Virus record (IMG/VR): IMGVR_UViG_3300021963_000022
DNA length: 64,000 nt
Direction: 5' to 3' (one strand)
Source of the DNA: a virus
Lineage: Duplodnaviria; Caudoviricetes
A model generated the notes under the pieces. The model searched no databases and was not told where the DNA came from. It saw only the letters and a list, made by a program, of their open reading frames with translations. Numbering within the stretch: the first letter of the stretch is position 1; every line of letters starts with the position of its first letter. The position numbers and the translations under genes were made by a program. This document shows, in pieces, positions 1-8,365 of the stretch.

Positions 1-96
1 TGGGATGATGATTCTGAATTACCCGATCATATTACTAAACGACTAGAACAAATTAGAGACCAAGCTCTACAAAAATATAGAGAAGTTATGTTATAA
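1..96 (+). CDS. 3' end of hypothetical protein (partial)
   Basis: Open frame WDDDSELPDH...YREVML ending TAA 94-96. Confidence 0.6.
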   Translation, partial: WDDDSELPDHITKRLEQIRDQALQKYREVML

Positions 97-181
97 TCTA
101 TATACAAGTGATAAATACTTGTGAAGTTAGGGGTTCTTCATAAAAACCCACTTTTAAACACACACATATAGGAGATATAAA

Positions 182-469
182 ATGTTTAACACAGCAACTT
201 ACGCCCTTATTGACGGCGTTTCAGACTTCAAAAAGAAATTCGTAGAATCAACAGTTCAACACGATGGCATCAAAACAGCATTGAATGGTTTTATTGATGC
301 ACAAACAAAATACACTAAAGCAGCCGCAGACGCAGGAATGCAATCAGCAATGGCTTTAGGCATGATTTTCACAAGTAAAGATTTTTACACAGAATTAGCA
401 GACCAGTATAAAGCAATGGTTCCTGCTTTCAATAGTATTAAGTCTGCAAAATCTACAAAGGCTAAGTAA
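182..469 (+). CDS. Phasin-like helical protein
   Basis: 95 aa Ala-rich amphipathic helical sequence (LNGFIDAQTKYTKAAADA); GGAGA RBS; TAAATA upstream at ~111. Confidence 0.4.
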   Translation: MFNTATYALIDGVSDFKKKFVESTVQHDGIKTALNGFIDAQTKYTKAAADAGMQSAMALGMIFTSKDFYTELADQYKAMVPAFNSIKSAKSTKAK

Positions 470-470
470 T

Positions 471-638
471 ATGAAGAAAATTCTAGGAATGCTAGTAGTG
501 TTCCTAGGTTTCTCTACAGACACCTATGGCACTGAGTTAGAAAAATATATAGTCGGCCGAAATCCACAAGATATAGGCGACATTGAGCGATTGACCTACG
601 AGTTCCATCGCAAACAATCAGATTGGAGATTTCTATGA
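471..638 (+). CDS. Small protein, DUF3563-like
   Basis: MKKILGMLVVFLGFSTDTYGTELEKYIVGRNPQDIGDIERLTYEFHRKQSDWRFL; not in ORF track; ends in ATGA overlap. Confidence 0.55.
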   Translation: MKKILGMLVVFLGFSTDTYGTELEKYIVGRNPQDIGDIERLTYEFHRKQSDWRFL

Positions 639-718
639 ACACACTTAAAAAACTATTTCAAAGCCTATTAGAGGCAATTCAGTCTATCAAAGACTACAAA
701 GCGAGTAAGATGAAATGA
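635..718 (+). CDS. 27 aa mini-ORF
   Basis: MNTLKKLFQSLLEAIQSIKDYKASKMK; ATGA overlaps at both ends, GGAG upstream. Confidence 0.5.
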   Translation: MNTLKKLFQSLLEAIQSIKDYKASKMK

Positions 719-813
719 ATTTCATTAACGACCTAATTATGCTAATTAAATGGGCTAAAGAAGGTTGGGAAGTTCATCCAATCATTGACAATGAATTTAA
801 GGGTTGGATATGA
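715..813 (+). CDS. 32 aa mini-ORF
   Basis: MNFINDLIMLIKWAKEGWEVHPIIDNEFKGWI; ATGA-coupled to the previous ORF. Confidence 0.5.
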   Translation: MNFINDLIMLIKWAKEGWEVHPIIDNEFKGWI

Positions 814-870
814 TTAATTGGTGGCCTGTATCAGATGAAGAATGGGAGCAATTAAATTTTCCCGAAAGAT

Positions 871-899
871 TTGAACAACCTAAAAAAATGTCATATACT
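871..899 (+). promoter_or_regulatory. sigma70-type promoter
   Basis: TTGAAC-17-TATACT upstream of 930. Confidence 0.5.
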
Positions 900-929
900 A
901 TATGAACATTAACACACAAAGGAAATATA

Positions 930-1202
930 ATGTCAGACTTTACACCAAAACTACCCGAAGTTAAATTCAATAAAAATGGCTACGAAATTCGTACCGATAT
1001 TTTATCAATGGCTAAAGACCTAGTAGGTCAAGAGTATCATGCTAAATATATGGGATGGGAAGTCAGTGCCGAGCGTGATAAAAAAACTGGACAAATTGTT
1101 AACAAAGTGAACATGCCGGAGTTTCCAGGTCTAGACAAAATCCTAGAAACTGCTGAAAAAATGTACGGTTTTGTTAATCAAAGTACTAATACTAAAAAGT
1201 AA
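930..1202 (+). CDS. Hypothetical protein
   Basis: AAGGA RBS, 90 aa, followed by terminator. Confidence 0.8.
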   Translation: MSDFTPKLPEVKFNKNGYEIRTDILSMAKDLVGQEYHAKYMGWEVSAERDKKTGQIVNKVNMPEFPGLDKILETAEKMYGFVNQSTNTKK

Positions 1203-1216
1203 TACTTTTAGTTCTC

Positions 1217-1247
1217 AAAAAATGCCCCGTTTTTGGGGCTTTTTTTT
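1217..1247 (+). terminator. Intrinsic terminator
   Basis: GCCCC-loop-GGGGC stem followed by T8. Confidence 0.75.
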
Positions 1248-1256
1248 ACCCAAAAT

Positions 1257-1317
1257 TTGACAATAAATGGATCTTCTGCTACAATAGAATCTTAGACAGT
1301 TAGATAAAGGAAACGAA
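1257..1317 (+). promoter_or_regulatory. Early promoter/RBS repeat, copy 1
   Basis: TTGACA 1257-62, 17 bp, TACAAT 1280-85, then AGAATCTTAGACAGTTAGATAAAGGA. Confidence 0.9.
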
Positions 1318-1653
1318 ATGACTACATTCATCAAAGGCAATTTCTACGGTACTGAGTACGTTGATTACACAAACCCAGTTGACGGTACTACAAAGTTTGT
1401 AGCCCGTTTCAAATATGTTCGTGGTACTAAAGCAAGTTTCCTTACATTCCTTACAAAGAACTTTACAGTTGAGGAATACTTTGGTCGCTTAGAAAAGGGT
1501 GAAGCACCCCTTGAAATCGTTGGATCCAAGGGTTTTATTCAACCCCATATCAAAAAGATGTTGAAAGCACAGGGTTACCCAGTTTCCAAAGCAGGATTTG
1601 AGCAATTAGTCCAAGATAATGTTGCAAAAACGCAACAAAGATTGGCCGCTTAA
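1318..1653 (+). CDS. Hypothetical early protein
   Basis: Lies between promoter repeats; RBS AAAGGA. Confidence 0.85.
   Translation: MTTFIKGNFYGTEYVDYTNPVDGTTKFVARFKYVRGTKASFLTFLTKNFTVEEYFGRLEKGEAPLEIVGSKGFIQPHIKKMLKAQGYPVSKAGFEQLVQDNVAKTQQRLAA
1620..1637. promoter_or_regulatory. Palindromic operator-like site TGTTGC-AAAAAC-GCAACA
   Basis: Identical 18-mer at 17280-17297; both lie just upstream of a promoter repeat. Confidence 0.55.
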
Positions 1654-1655
1654 AT

Positions 1656-1716
1656 TTGACAATAAATGGATTTGGGTATATAATAGAATCTTAGACAGTT
1701 AGATAAAGGAAACAAA
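1656..1716 (+). promoter_or_regulatory. Early promoter/RBS repeat, copy 2
   Basis: TTGACA-17-TATAAT-AGAATCTTAGACAGTTAGATAAAGGA. Confidence 0.9.
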
Positions 1717-1929
1717 ATGTCATACGGAATGTTTAGCGAAGAAGGCAACAAACAAATTGCCGATATCATTGAATTCCACAAAAATTACAAAAGCGACTGG
1801 GCCACAGTCTACCAAAATTTGCGTGACCTGGCTGATAGTGACTACGAGAAATTTGGCGAAGCAATGGATACTGAAGTCCGTGAAATTGTCTACACAAAAT
1901 TGGGTTTTAAGTCAGATTTCTATATTTGA
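1717..1929 (+). CDS. Hypothetical early protein
   Basis: Cassette gene; its TGA stop lies inside the next TTGACA. Confidence 0.85.
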   Translation: MSYGMFSEEGNKQIADIIEFHKNYKSDWATVYQNLRDLADSDYEKFGEAMDTEVREIVYTKLGFKSDFYI

Positions 1930-1988
1930 CAATAAATGGTTTCGGGTGTATAATAGAATCTTAAACAGTTAAACAACAGGAGTTAGAA
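1926..1988 (+). promoter_or_regulatory. Early promoter/RBS repeat, copy 3
   Basis: TTGACA-17-TATAAT-AGAATCTTAAACAGTT...AGGAG. Confidence 0.9.
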
Positions 1989-2255
1989 ATGAAAGCATTG
2001 CAAAAATTCATTGACCAGAAGAATCACTGGAATAGTATTTTCAAAGGTGAGCAGTACGAAATCACCACTCATGCTGGTCGTCAGCGTGTTGCGGACATGA
2101 TTGATTCGGCTCTTAGCCCAGAGAATCTTACATGTGATGGTGAATTGCCCCGTGCAGAAGTTAACCGTCGCTGGAAAGAGTTGATGACTGCCGCTAAACA
2201 ATTGAAACAGTTGGACCCGTCTGTTAAGTTTTACGAATACGAATCTGAAATTTAA
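1989..2255 (+). CDS. Hypothetical early protein
   Basis: AGGAG RBS; cassette gene. Confidence 0.85.
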   Translation: MKALQKFIDQKNHWNSIFKGEQYEITTHAGRQRVADMIDSALSPENLTCDGELPRAEVNRRWKELMTAAKQLKQLDPSVKFYEYESEI

Positions 2256-2265
2256 GGAGAAGACA

Positions 2266-3009
2266 ATGCCTGGATTTGCTAATGTAACAAACATGACTAG
2301 CCGTCAAATTCAACGCATGGGTCATGCAGATGATACCGGTAGTGATTACTATCGTATCAAAACTAAAACACAAAAAGTTTCGGTAAATCATAATGCCGAT
2401 GATGTATGGAGTGCGGCATGTGCGGCACAACGTATCAACGGTAGTTATATCAAGTTAAGTAGAATTTCAGAAACACCGGATGTTACTAAGTTATCCAATC
2501 GTATGATTGTTGAACAACTGTTAGCTGATCCATTCATCATGACCGATGAGGATCGTGAGCAAGGTAAAAAGGTTCGTGCATTCTATCAGGCATTGACTTT
2601 CAAAATCTTGCAAGGTAAACAACTAAATGAGTTTGATAACAATGCAATGTTGATTGCCAATCGTGATATTATTACTAGCACCTATGATATTGCAGTTATT
2701 GCTAGTTTGCCATCATGCTATGAGCGTGGTGTTGAACGTCAATCAGTAGACCAGCGTGTCAATTTTGCACGTGGCGGATATATTAGTACTGTTGGTAACA
2801 AGATATCACTTACTGTTGAAGTATTGAAATCAATCTATTCACAAAAGTGGATGACACATTACATTACCGGTATTACTAGTGATGACCAAGTAGTGTTCTT
2901 TGCTTATAAAAGTGAATTGCCAGCTGGTAAGATGTTTGAAATTTATGGTACTGTTAAAAGTCATAGAGATAACACTACTCAACTTAATCGTGTGAAGGTT
3001 AATGTATGA
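2266..3009 (+). CDS. Hypothetical protein, possible C-terminal OB-fold
   Basis: AAGGAG RBS; C-terminus GxVKSH...TQLNRVK has an OB-like pattern. Confidence 0.6.
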   Translation: MPGFANVTNMTSRQIQRMGHADDTGSDYYRIKTKTQKVSVNHNADDVWSAACAAQRINGSYIKLSRISETPDVTKLSNRMIVEQLLADPFIMTDEDREQGKKVRAFYQALTFKILQGKQLNEFDNNAMLIANRDIITSTYDIAVIASLPSCYERGVERQSVDQRVNFARGGYISTVGNKISLTVEVLKSIYSQKWMTHYITGITSDDQVVFFAYKSELPAGKMFEIYGTVKSHRDNTTQLNRVKVNV

Positions 3010-3230
3010 ATATTCTATTTAAAGAATTTGCCGAAAAAGCTGATATTGTGTTTGGTGTTGACAAGAATGGTGATCCAGAGGTAATATGTGCTACAACTGA
3101 TATTGAAAAATTCGCACAATTGATTGTTCAGGAATGCAATCGTTATGCATGTAGTGCATGGGAACATGGTCCGTTGTTAGGTAGAGATTTGTTAATACAT
3201 TTTGGAATGGTGGAGTTGAATGATGAATAA
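3006..3230 (+). CDS. Hypothetical protein (EKFAxLIVxEC family)
   Basis: Motif EKFAQLIVQEC shared with 6035..6298. Confidence 0.7.
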   Translation: MNILFKEFAEKADIVFGVDKNGDPEVICATTDIEKFAQLIVQECNRYACSAWEHGPLLGRDLLIHFGMVELNDE

Positions 3231-3453
3231 TGATGTTGAAAAACTTTTTAAACAAGCCAAGGGTTATGTTGAAGTAGACGGTGAAGGTAATCGTTCTACA
3301 TATACATATGATTTTGATCCTGATCAATTTGTTAGTTTGATTATAGAAAATTGTATTCAAACACTAGTCAATCATGGCTATACAGATGCGGCAACTCTGT
3401 TAAAAACAGAGAATGCTGAGGATTGGAAAAAATACGAATTTCCAAATATTTAA
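3220..3453 (+). CDS. Hypothetical protein
   Basis: Overlapping operon gene; DQFVSLIIENC. Confidence 0.7.
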   Translation: MMNNDVEKLFKQAKGYVEVDGEGNRSTYTYDFDPDQFVSLIIENCIQTLVNHGYTDAATLLKTENAEDWKKYEFPNI

Positions 3454-3468
3454 TTAACGGAGAGTAAA

Positions 3469-3897
3469 ATGGGACTTGATATGTATGCTTATGTTGCCAG
3501 CAAGAAAGGTCAACAAAATGAGTATTATGACACTGCAGAGTTTGATCAAACAGTTAATGAATTTGTAAGTACAACTGTTACTAAGCCATACGAGATTGCT
3601 TATTGGCGTAAGCATCCTAACTTGCATGGTTGGATGGAACAGCTTTGGCGAAGCAAGGGTATGCCAGGTACAGGTAATAAAGATGCTACATTTAATGGCA
3701 TTGAGTTAGAACTAACTTGGGATGATTTGGATAAACTTGAACAAGCTATTCGTCATGGTCAACTTCCGAATACAACGGGTTTCTTCTTTGGCAATCCTGC
3801 AGACAATCATTACTATGAACAAGACCTTGAGTTTGTGAACAACGCTAAGGCAGAAGTGTTCTTAGGATTAAAAGTATTTTATAACAGTAGCTGGTAA
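3469..3897 (+). CDS. Hypothetical phage protein (MGLDMY type)
   Basis: GGAG RBS; YWRKHPNLHGWM motif. Confidence 0.8.
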   Translation: MGLDMYAYVASKKGQQNEYYDTAEFDQTVNEFVSTTVTKPYEIAYWRKHPNLHGWMEQLWRSKGMPGTGNKDATFNGIELELTWDDLDKLEQAIRHGQLPNTTGFFFGNPADNHYYEQDLEFVNNAKAEVFLGLKVFYNSSW

Positions 3898-4010
3898 TGT
3901 ATATTACAAACAAATATCAGTCAGTGAGGTTACCATATAGCCCTGAGATGTTAGAGTGGCTATTGGTAACTTACCCTCATTCTAAATACTACATTGTAGA
4001 AGGAAAATAA
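3897..4010 (+). CDS. 37 aa small protein
   Basis: TAATG-coupled; MYITNKYQSVRLPYSPEMLEWLLVTYPHSKYYIVEGK fills the gap exactly. Confidence 0.55.
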   Translation: MYITNKYQSVRLPYSPEMLEWLLVTYPHSKYYIVEGK

Positions 4011-4011
4011 A

Positions 4012-4536
4012 ATGGCAATACTATATCGTATTAAACCAGCAGATAAAAAATCAGTAGAAGCATTCTATGATGTTTATAAAAAAATGCCTGATGGCATTAT
4101 CCGTGGTTGGAGTGTAACCGAACTATATCGTTGGGGTCAAGGGTTTGTAGAAGATGAATCCGAGTTACCATATAGCGATGATCGGTATCATTCTGTCGAT
4201 CCTACAATTGGTTGGGGTTGTGAACTCGAGGACCTTTGTGCAGTAGACTTTGAGTTTGATGAATCCTTCACCGATGAAGAAAAAGAAGAAATTGAAGAAC
4301 TTTGGGCAAATGGCGACCCGAATGATGAATATGAACGTAGTGGTGCGGCATGGCTATATGACTATAGTGATTGGGAAGTAGAAGAAGATACTATTACTAT
4401 TTTGGGTCCGTTTGTTGTTGACAAAATTGATGAGGACGTGTATAATGAGAGCATAGAAACACTAGAACTTAAACCCCGTCCACCTTTTGTCGCAACAACA
4501 GCGTGGCCCTTTTCAACAGCACAGAAAGAAGATTAA
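4012..4536 (+). CDS. Acidic hypothetical protein
   Basis: AAGGA RBS; D/E-rich; C-terminal AWPF. Confidence 0.8.
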   Translation: MAILYRIKPADKKSVEAFYDVYKKMPDGIIRGWSVTELYRWGQGFVEDESELPYSDDRYHSVDPTIGWGCELEDLCAVDFEFDESFTDEEKEEIEELWANGDPNDEYERSGAAWLYDYSDWEVEEDTITILGPFVVDKIDEDVYNESIETLELKPRPPFVATTAWPFSTAQKED

Positions 4537-5871
4537 ATGTCCGCTTCATGGATTAACAAACTGAATGAATCAGATAGTCGCCTGCACAAGGAAGATGTTA
4601 TTAAACAAGCATTAGAGGCAAGTGTCCTCGGTAGCACAAATGCTCAGATTTTTTTGGGTCTGACTAAGGCTTGTTACAATCCCTACGTTACATTTGGTGT
4701 ACGTAAAGTCCCTGATACTGTAGGCATTATTGATGCTGAAAATCCTTGGAGTGATTTTAATACATTGCTTACACTATTGTCACACCGTGATTTGTCAGGC
4801 AATGCCGCACTTGATGCTATCAATGAAATGAGTGAACGATTTGATAGTAGTGAATGGAATACATTTTGTGCCCCTATCATTCGTAGGGATTTACGTGCTG
4901 GAGTATCTGAAAAAACAATCAATAAAATCTGTAAAAAAACAGAATACGAGATTCCTGTATTTGGTTGTCAACTAGCAACTAATAGTGAAGGTCGTCCTGA
5001 GATGAAGGGCACTAAACGTTTAGAGCCTAAGTTAGATGGTGTGCGTGTATTGATGTTTGTAATACCCGGAGCAAGTGAGGGTGTCACTACTGTTTGTTAT
5101 AGCCGTAATGGTAAAGTGTTTGATAACTTTACACACATTGAAGAACAAATTAGTAGTAACTGGATTAAAATTGCTAGAGGTCATCAGAACGCATTGATTA
5201 ACGGATTTGTATTAGATGGCGAAGTGATCGGTAATACATTCCAAGAACTAATGCGACAAGCACGCCGTAAGACTGATGTACAAGCAGATGATAGTGTGTT
5301 TAATATCTTTGATATTATTCCTTTAAGTGATTTCCGTGAAGGACATTGGAATGCTCAACTACGTAAACGTATTGCTATACTTGAACACATTCGCCACGTA
5401 GTTGACACTATGCCTAACGTTGAACTACTACCACACATTATGGTTGACTTAGATACAGCCGCAGGTAAGGATCAACTTGAACGTTATGCTAAAGACAATG
5501 TGAACGCAGGGTTTGAAGGCATTATGATTAAAGAATTAGAAGCTCCATATATCTGTAAGCGTAGTACTGACTGGATGAAGTGGAAGCCAACGTTAACTGT
5601 AGACTTGGAGGTCGTAGGTGTTGAAGAAGGTACTGGTAGAAACTTAGGAAGACTTGGAGCATTAGTTTGTCATGGAGTTGACGACGGGAAAGAAATTACA
5701 GTCAATGTAGGTAGTGGCTTTAGTGATGGTGATAGGGATGACTATTGGACTAATCGTAATCTGGTCATTGGTCGAACTGCTGAAGTCTTATGTGATGTAA
5801 TTACACAGAACCAAGATGGTACTTACAGTTTGCGTTTCCCTCGCTTTGTTCGTTTTAGGGATGACAAATGA
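4537..5871 (+). CDS. ATP-dependent DNA ligase
   Basis: EPKLDGVR (KxDG), LDGEV, EGIMIK, WMKWK, C-terminal OB domain LRFPRF. Confidence 0.95.
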   Translation: MSASWINKLNESDSRLHKEDVIKQALEASVLGSTNAQIFLGLTKACYNPYVTFGVRKVPDTVGIIDAENPWSDFNTLLTLLSHRDLSGNAALDAINEMSERFDSSEWNTFCAPIIRRDLRAGVSEKTINKICKKTEYEIPVFGCQLATNSEGRPEMKGTKRLEPKLDGVRVLMFVIPGASEGVTTVCYSRNGKVFDNFTHIEEQISSNWIKIARGHQNALINGFVLDGEVIGNTFQELMRQARRKTDVQADDSVFNIFDIIPLSDFREGHWNAQLRKRIAILEHIRHVVDTMPNVELLPHIMVDLDTAAGKDQLERYAKDNVNAGFEGIMIKELEAPYICKRSTDWMKWKPTLTVDLEVVGVEEGTGRNLGRLGALVCHGVDDGKEITVNVGSGFSDGDRDDYWTNRNLVIGRTAEVLCDVITQNQDGTYSLRFPRFVRFRDDK

Positions 5872-6050
5872 ATGAACTAGAAACTGCATTAAAAGACCAT
5901 AACTGGGGTCATGAAGGATACACTACAAGACCTAAAGTAGACCAGTTAATGAAAAGTCACAGTGATCCTGCTGAGGCTAAACAACTTTGGGAGCAATATT
6001 GCCCTTGGAGTAATACTAATGGTGGCTATGTCAAATGGACGAAGAAATGA
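5868..6050 (+). CDS. Hypothetical protein
   Basis: ATGA-coupled to ligase. Confidence 0.65.
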   Translation: MNELETALKDHNWGHEGYTTRPKVDQLMKSHSDPAEAKQLWEQYCPWSNTNGGYVKWTKK

Positions 6051-6298
6051 ATGATTTAAAATTTACAACTGCAAGCGATTATATGAATATCGGTACTAAA
6101 TTTGATGATCTAATGTATCATGCAGGACTAACCGCACAGGGTTGCTGGGATGAAATGGATGAATATGACCGTAATGCTATACAAAAGTTCGCCGAGTTGA
6201 TTGTTCGGGAATGTGTTGAAATTAACAAGCAAGAACTGTCATTTAATGCATTTGAACGATTGATGAATAAATACCAAGATCATTTCGGAGTTGAATAA
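6035..6298 (+). CDS. Hypothetical protein (KFAELIVREC family)
   Basis: QKFAELIVREC motif. Confidence 0.7.
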   Translation: MDEEMNDLKFTTASDYMNIGTKFDDLMYHAGLTAQGCWDEMDEYDRNAIQKFAELIVRECVEINKQELSFNAFERLMNKYQDHFGVE

Positions 6299-6537
6299 TG
6301 GCAAGTCTATCAGAATATTTTAAGATACATCGATATCAATCAAAATACAATATCGGTGATCGTGTTACAGGCAAATGGAACAAGATTCCTTTTGTGGGTA
6401 CAGTGGGCAATGATACTGAAATCAATCAGATTGAAGGCCCTCGTATTAGTGTGCATTTAGATTTACCAATCAAGTATCAGAACAAATTTCATACAATTAT
6501 ATTTGTTAAGCATAAGGATGTTAAATATTTCAAATGA
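6298..6537 (+). CDS. Hypothetical protein, SH3/KOW-like
   Basis: YNIGDRV...FVGTV pattern; coupled start. Confidence 0.6.
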   Translation: MASLSEYFKIHRYQSKYNIGDRVTGKWNKIPFVGTVGNDTEINQIEGPRISVHLDLPIKYQNKFHTIIFVKHKDVKYFK

Positions 6538-7379
6538 TACGACATGATTGGACACAACCATTACCAAAATCTGAGATTTTAGATTTGTCCAATAATGTAT
6601 GCTATGATAAGTTTTTAGACAGAAACGTTGAACATAGCGTATCTACCTATCCGGATGATGCAGAAGCATATAGATTGTTATCTCAATACTATAGTATTTC
6701 TCCTTATAACATAGCTATAGGTTATGGGTCATCTGATATAATACTACGTATCTTAAAATTATATCAAGGTAACTCTTTAAAGATTGTTAGCCCAACTTGG
6801 CAACTGGCTCAACTATATGCACATCATATAGGGTATGAGATTAAAGATGATGCAGATATTTTATACATAGCAAACCCTAACGGCTTGACCGGTAAAGCCT
6901 TATCTAAAAATGAAATCTTGTCCCTATTACCCACTTACAAGTTAGTCATAGTAGATGAAGCCTATTGTGATTTTAGTGATTGCTCTGTACTGGATACTTC
7001 TATTACTGCTGACAATTTAATTGTAGTGAAAACACTAAGCAAAACGATAGCATCTCCTGGATTAAGATTTGGATACTGCTTTTCTAATTCAGATATAATT
7101 AATAGAATACAAAACGTAAGACCAGGCTATGTAACTACAAATGCTACTATACCTGCTCTTAACAAACTGTTACCTCAAATAGGTATGCATATTAGTCGTA
7201 TGTTAGAAACTAGAAACTACATTGAGGATAAGTATGATGTAGTACCTTCTGAAGGAAATTATGTATTGTTTAAAACTAGATATAGTTTACCTGTTAAGAT
7301 GAAGGAAGTTAACGAGTTGTTTAGAATGTCGTTAACTGATATTGATACATTCAAGAAATTCGAAAATGAACTCAGATGA
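6534..7379 (+). CDS. PLP-dependent aminotransferase/decarboxylase, HisC/CobD-like (short)
   Basis: ANPNGLTG, VDEAY, KTLSKT..PGLRFGY. Confidence 0.85.
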   Translation: MIRHDWTQPLPKSEILDLSNNVCYDKFLDRNVEHSVSTYPDDAEAYRLLSQYYSISPYNIAIGYGSSDIILRILKLYQGNSLKIVSPTWQLAQLYAHHIGYEIKDDADILYIANPNGLTGKALSKNEILSLLPTYKLVIVDEAYCDFSDCSVLDTSITADNLIVVKTLSKTIASPGLRFGYCFSNSDIINRIQNVRPGYVTTNATIPALNKLLPQIGMHISRMLETRNYIEDKYDVVPSEGNYVLFKTRYSLPVKMKEVNELFRMSLTDIDTFKKFENELR

Positions 7380-8169
7380 GTTAAGACGCCTGCAAGAACA
7401 GGGTGCGGTTGATTTATATTCTGCATTACGTAGTGTAGAAATCAATCCTACGGAACTATGTAACAGAGCCTGTTCCTTCTGTCCTCGAGTTGATCCTAAT
7501 ATCTACAAGAATCAGAAAAAACATATTGATCCCGATCTATGTACACTATTAGGTGAGCAGTTATCAACATTTGGGTTTGATGGCAGGATAGGCTTTGTGG
7601 GTTTTGGTGAACCATTGTTACATCCTAATATAGCAGAATGTGTGCGTAATATCAAACAATCATGCCCAACAGCTAAATGGATAGAGATTAATACAAACGG
7701 TGATTTGTTAACTAGAGACATTGCTATTGATCTTGCTAATGCAGGATGTACTACTATAACAGTTAGTATGTATGACACAGATGCTACTACTTATTTTATT
7801 GAAATGTTAGATGGTGTAAAGATAGAGCTAGTGTTAAAACATCAATATGATATTGCTAACATAAAAATAATTAATAGGATAGATATCATACAACAGACCA
7901 AGGTACTAAACATATCTCGTCCTTGTTACATCCCGTTTTATAAAATATTTGTTGATTGGAATGGAGATTACTTACTATGCCAACAAGATTGGGGCAAAAC
8001 TACCAATGTGTATAACATAAAGAATACCCCGGTCATTGACTATTGGTTATCCAAATTGACTGAGTATAGAACGAATCTATCAATGGGTAATAGGATACAA
8101 AATCCATGTGACAAATGTGACATTGACGGGACTGTATATGGGAAATCTAGTTTTGATTTGTTCGTATAA
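7366..8169 (+). CDS. Radical SAM protein with SPASM/twitch domain
   Basis: CNRACSFC (CX3CX2C), GFGEP, NTNG, C-terminal CQQDW...CDKC; ATG 7366 preferred over 7342. Confidence 0.9.
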   Translation: MNSDELRRLQEQGAVDLYSALRSVEINPTELCNRACSFCPRVDPNIYKNQKKHIDPDLCTLLGEQLSTFGFDGRIGFVGFGEPLLHPNIAECVRNIKQSCPTAKWIEINTNGDLLTRDIAIDLANAGCTTITVSMYDTDATTYFIEMLDGVKIELVLKHQYDIANIKIINRIDIIQQTKVLNISRPCYIPFYKIFVDWNGDYLLCQQDWGKTTNVYNIKNTPVIDYWLSKLTEYRTNLSMGNRIQNPCDKCDIDGTVYGKSSFDLFV

Positions 8170-8233
8170 TGTGTGTCCAAACTAGTAGATGTTATACCAC
8201 AGTTGAGTTATAATAGATTCTAGAGGAATAAAA

Positions 8234-8365
8234 ATGACTTTAAACGAAGGCATATATTTTATCGCCGGTATATATTTGGGTGGATGGTTAGTTCGTCCAC
8301 TAGTAGATATAGTTAAGAAAATTTACCAGAACGCTAAGGAGGCACAAAATGGTAACAATAGTTAA
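8234..8365 (+). CDS. Small single-TM protein
   Basis: GAGGA RBS; MTLNEGIYFIAGIYLGGWLVRPLVDIVKK...; 43 aa. Confidence 0.55.
   Translation: MTLNEGIYFIAGIYLGGWLVRPLVDIVKKIYQNAKEAQNGNNS

Noticed and set aside
3925-3975. Long imperfect hairpin as an ncRNA
   Set aside because: The region is filled exactly by a coupled 37 aa ORF.
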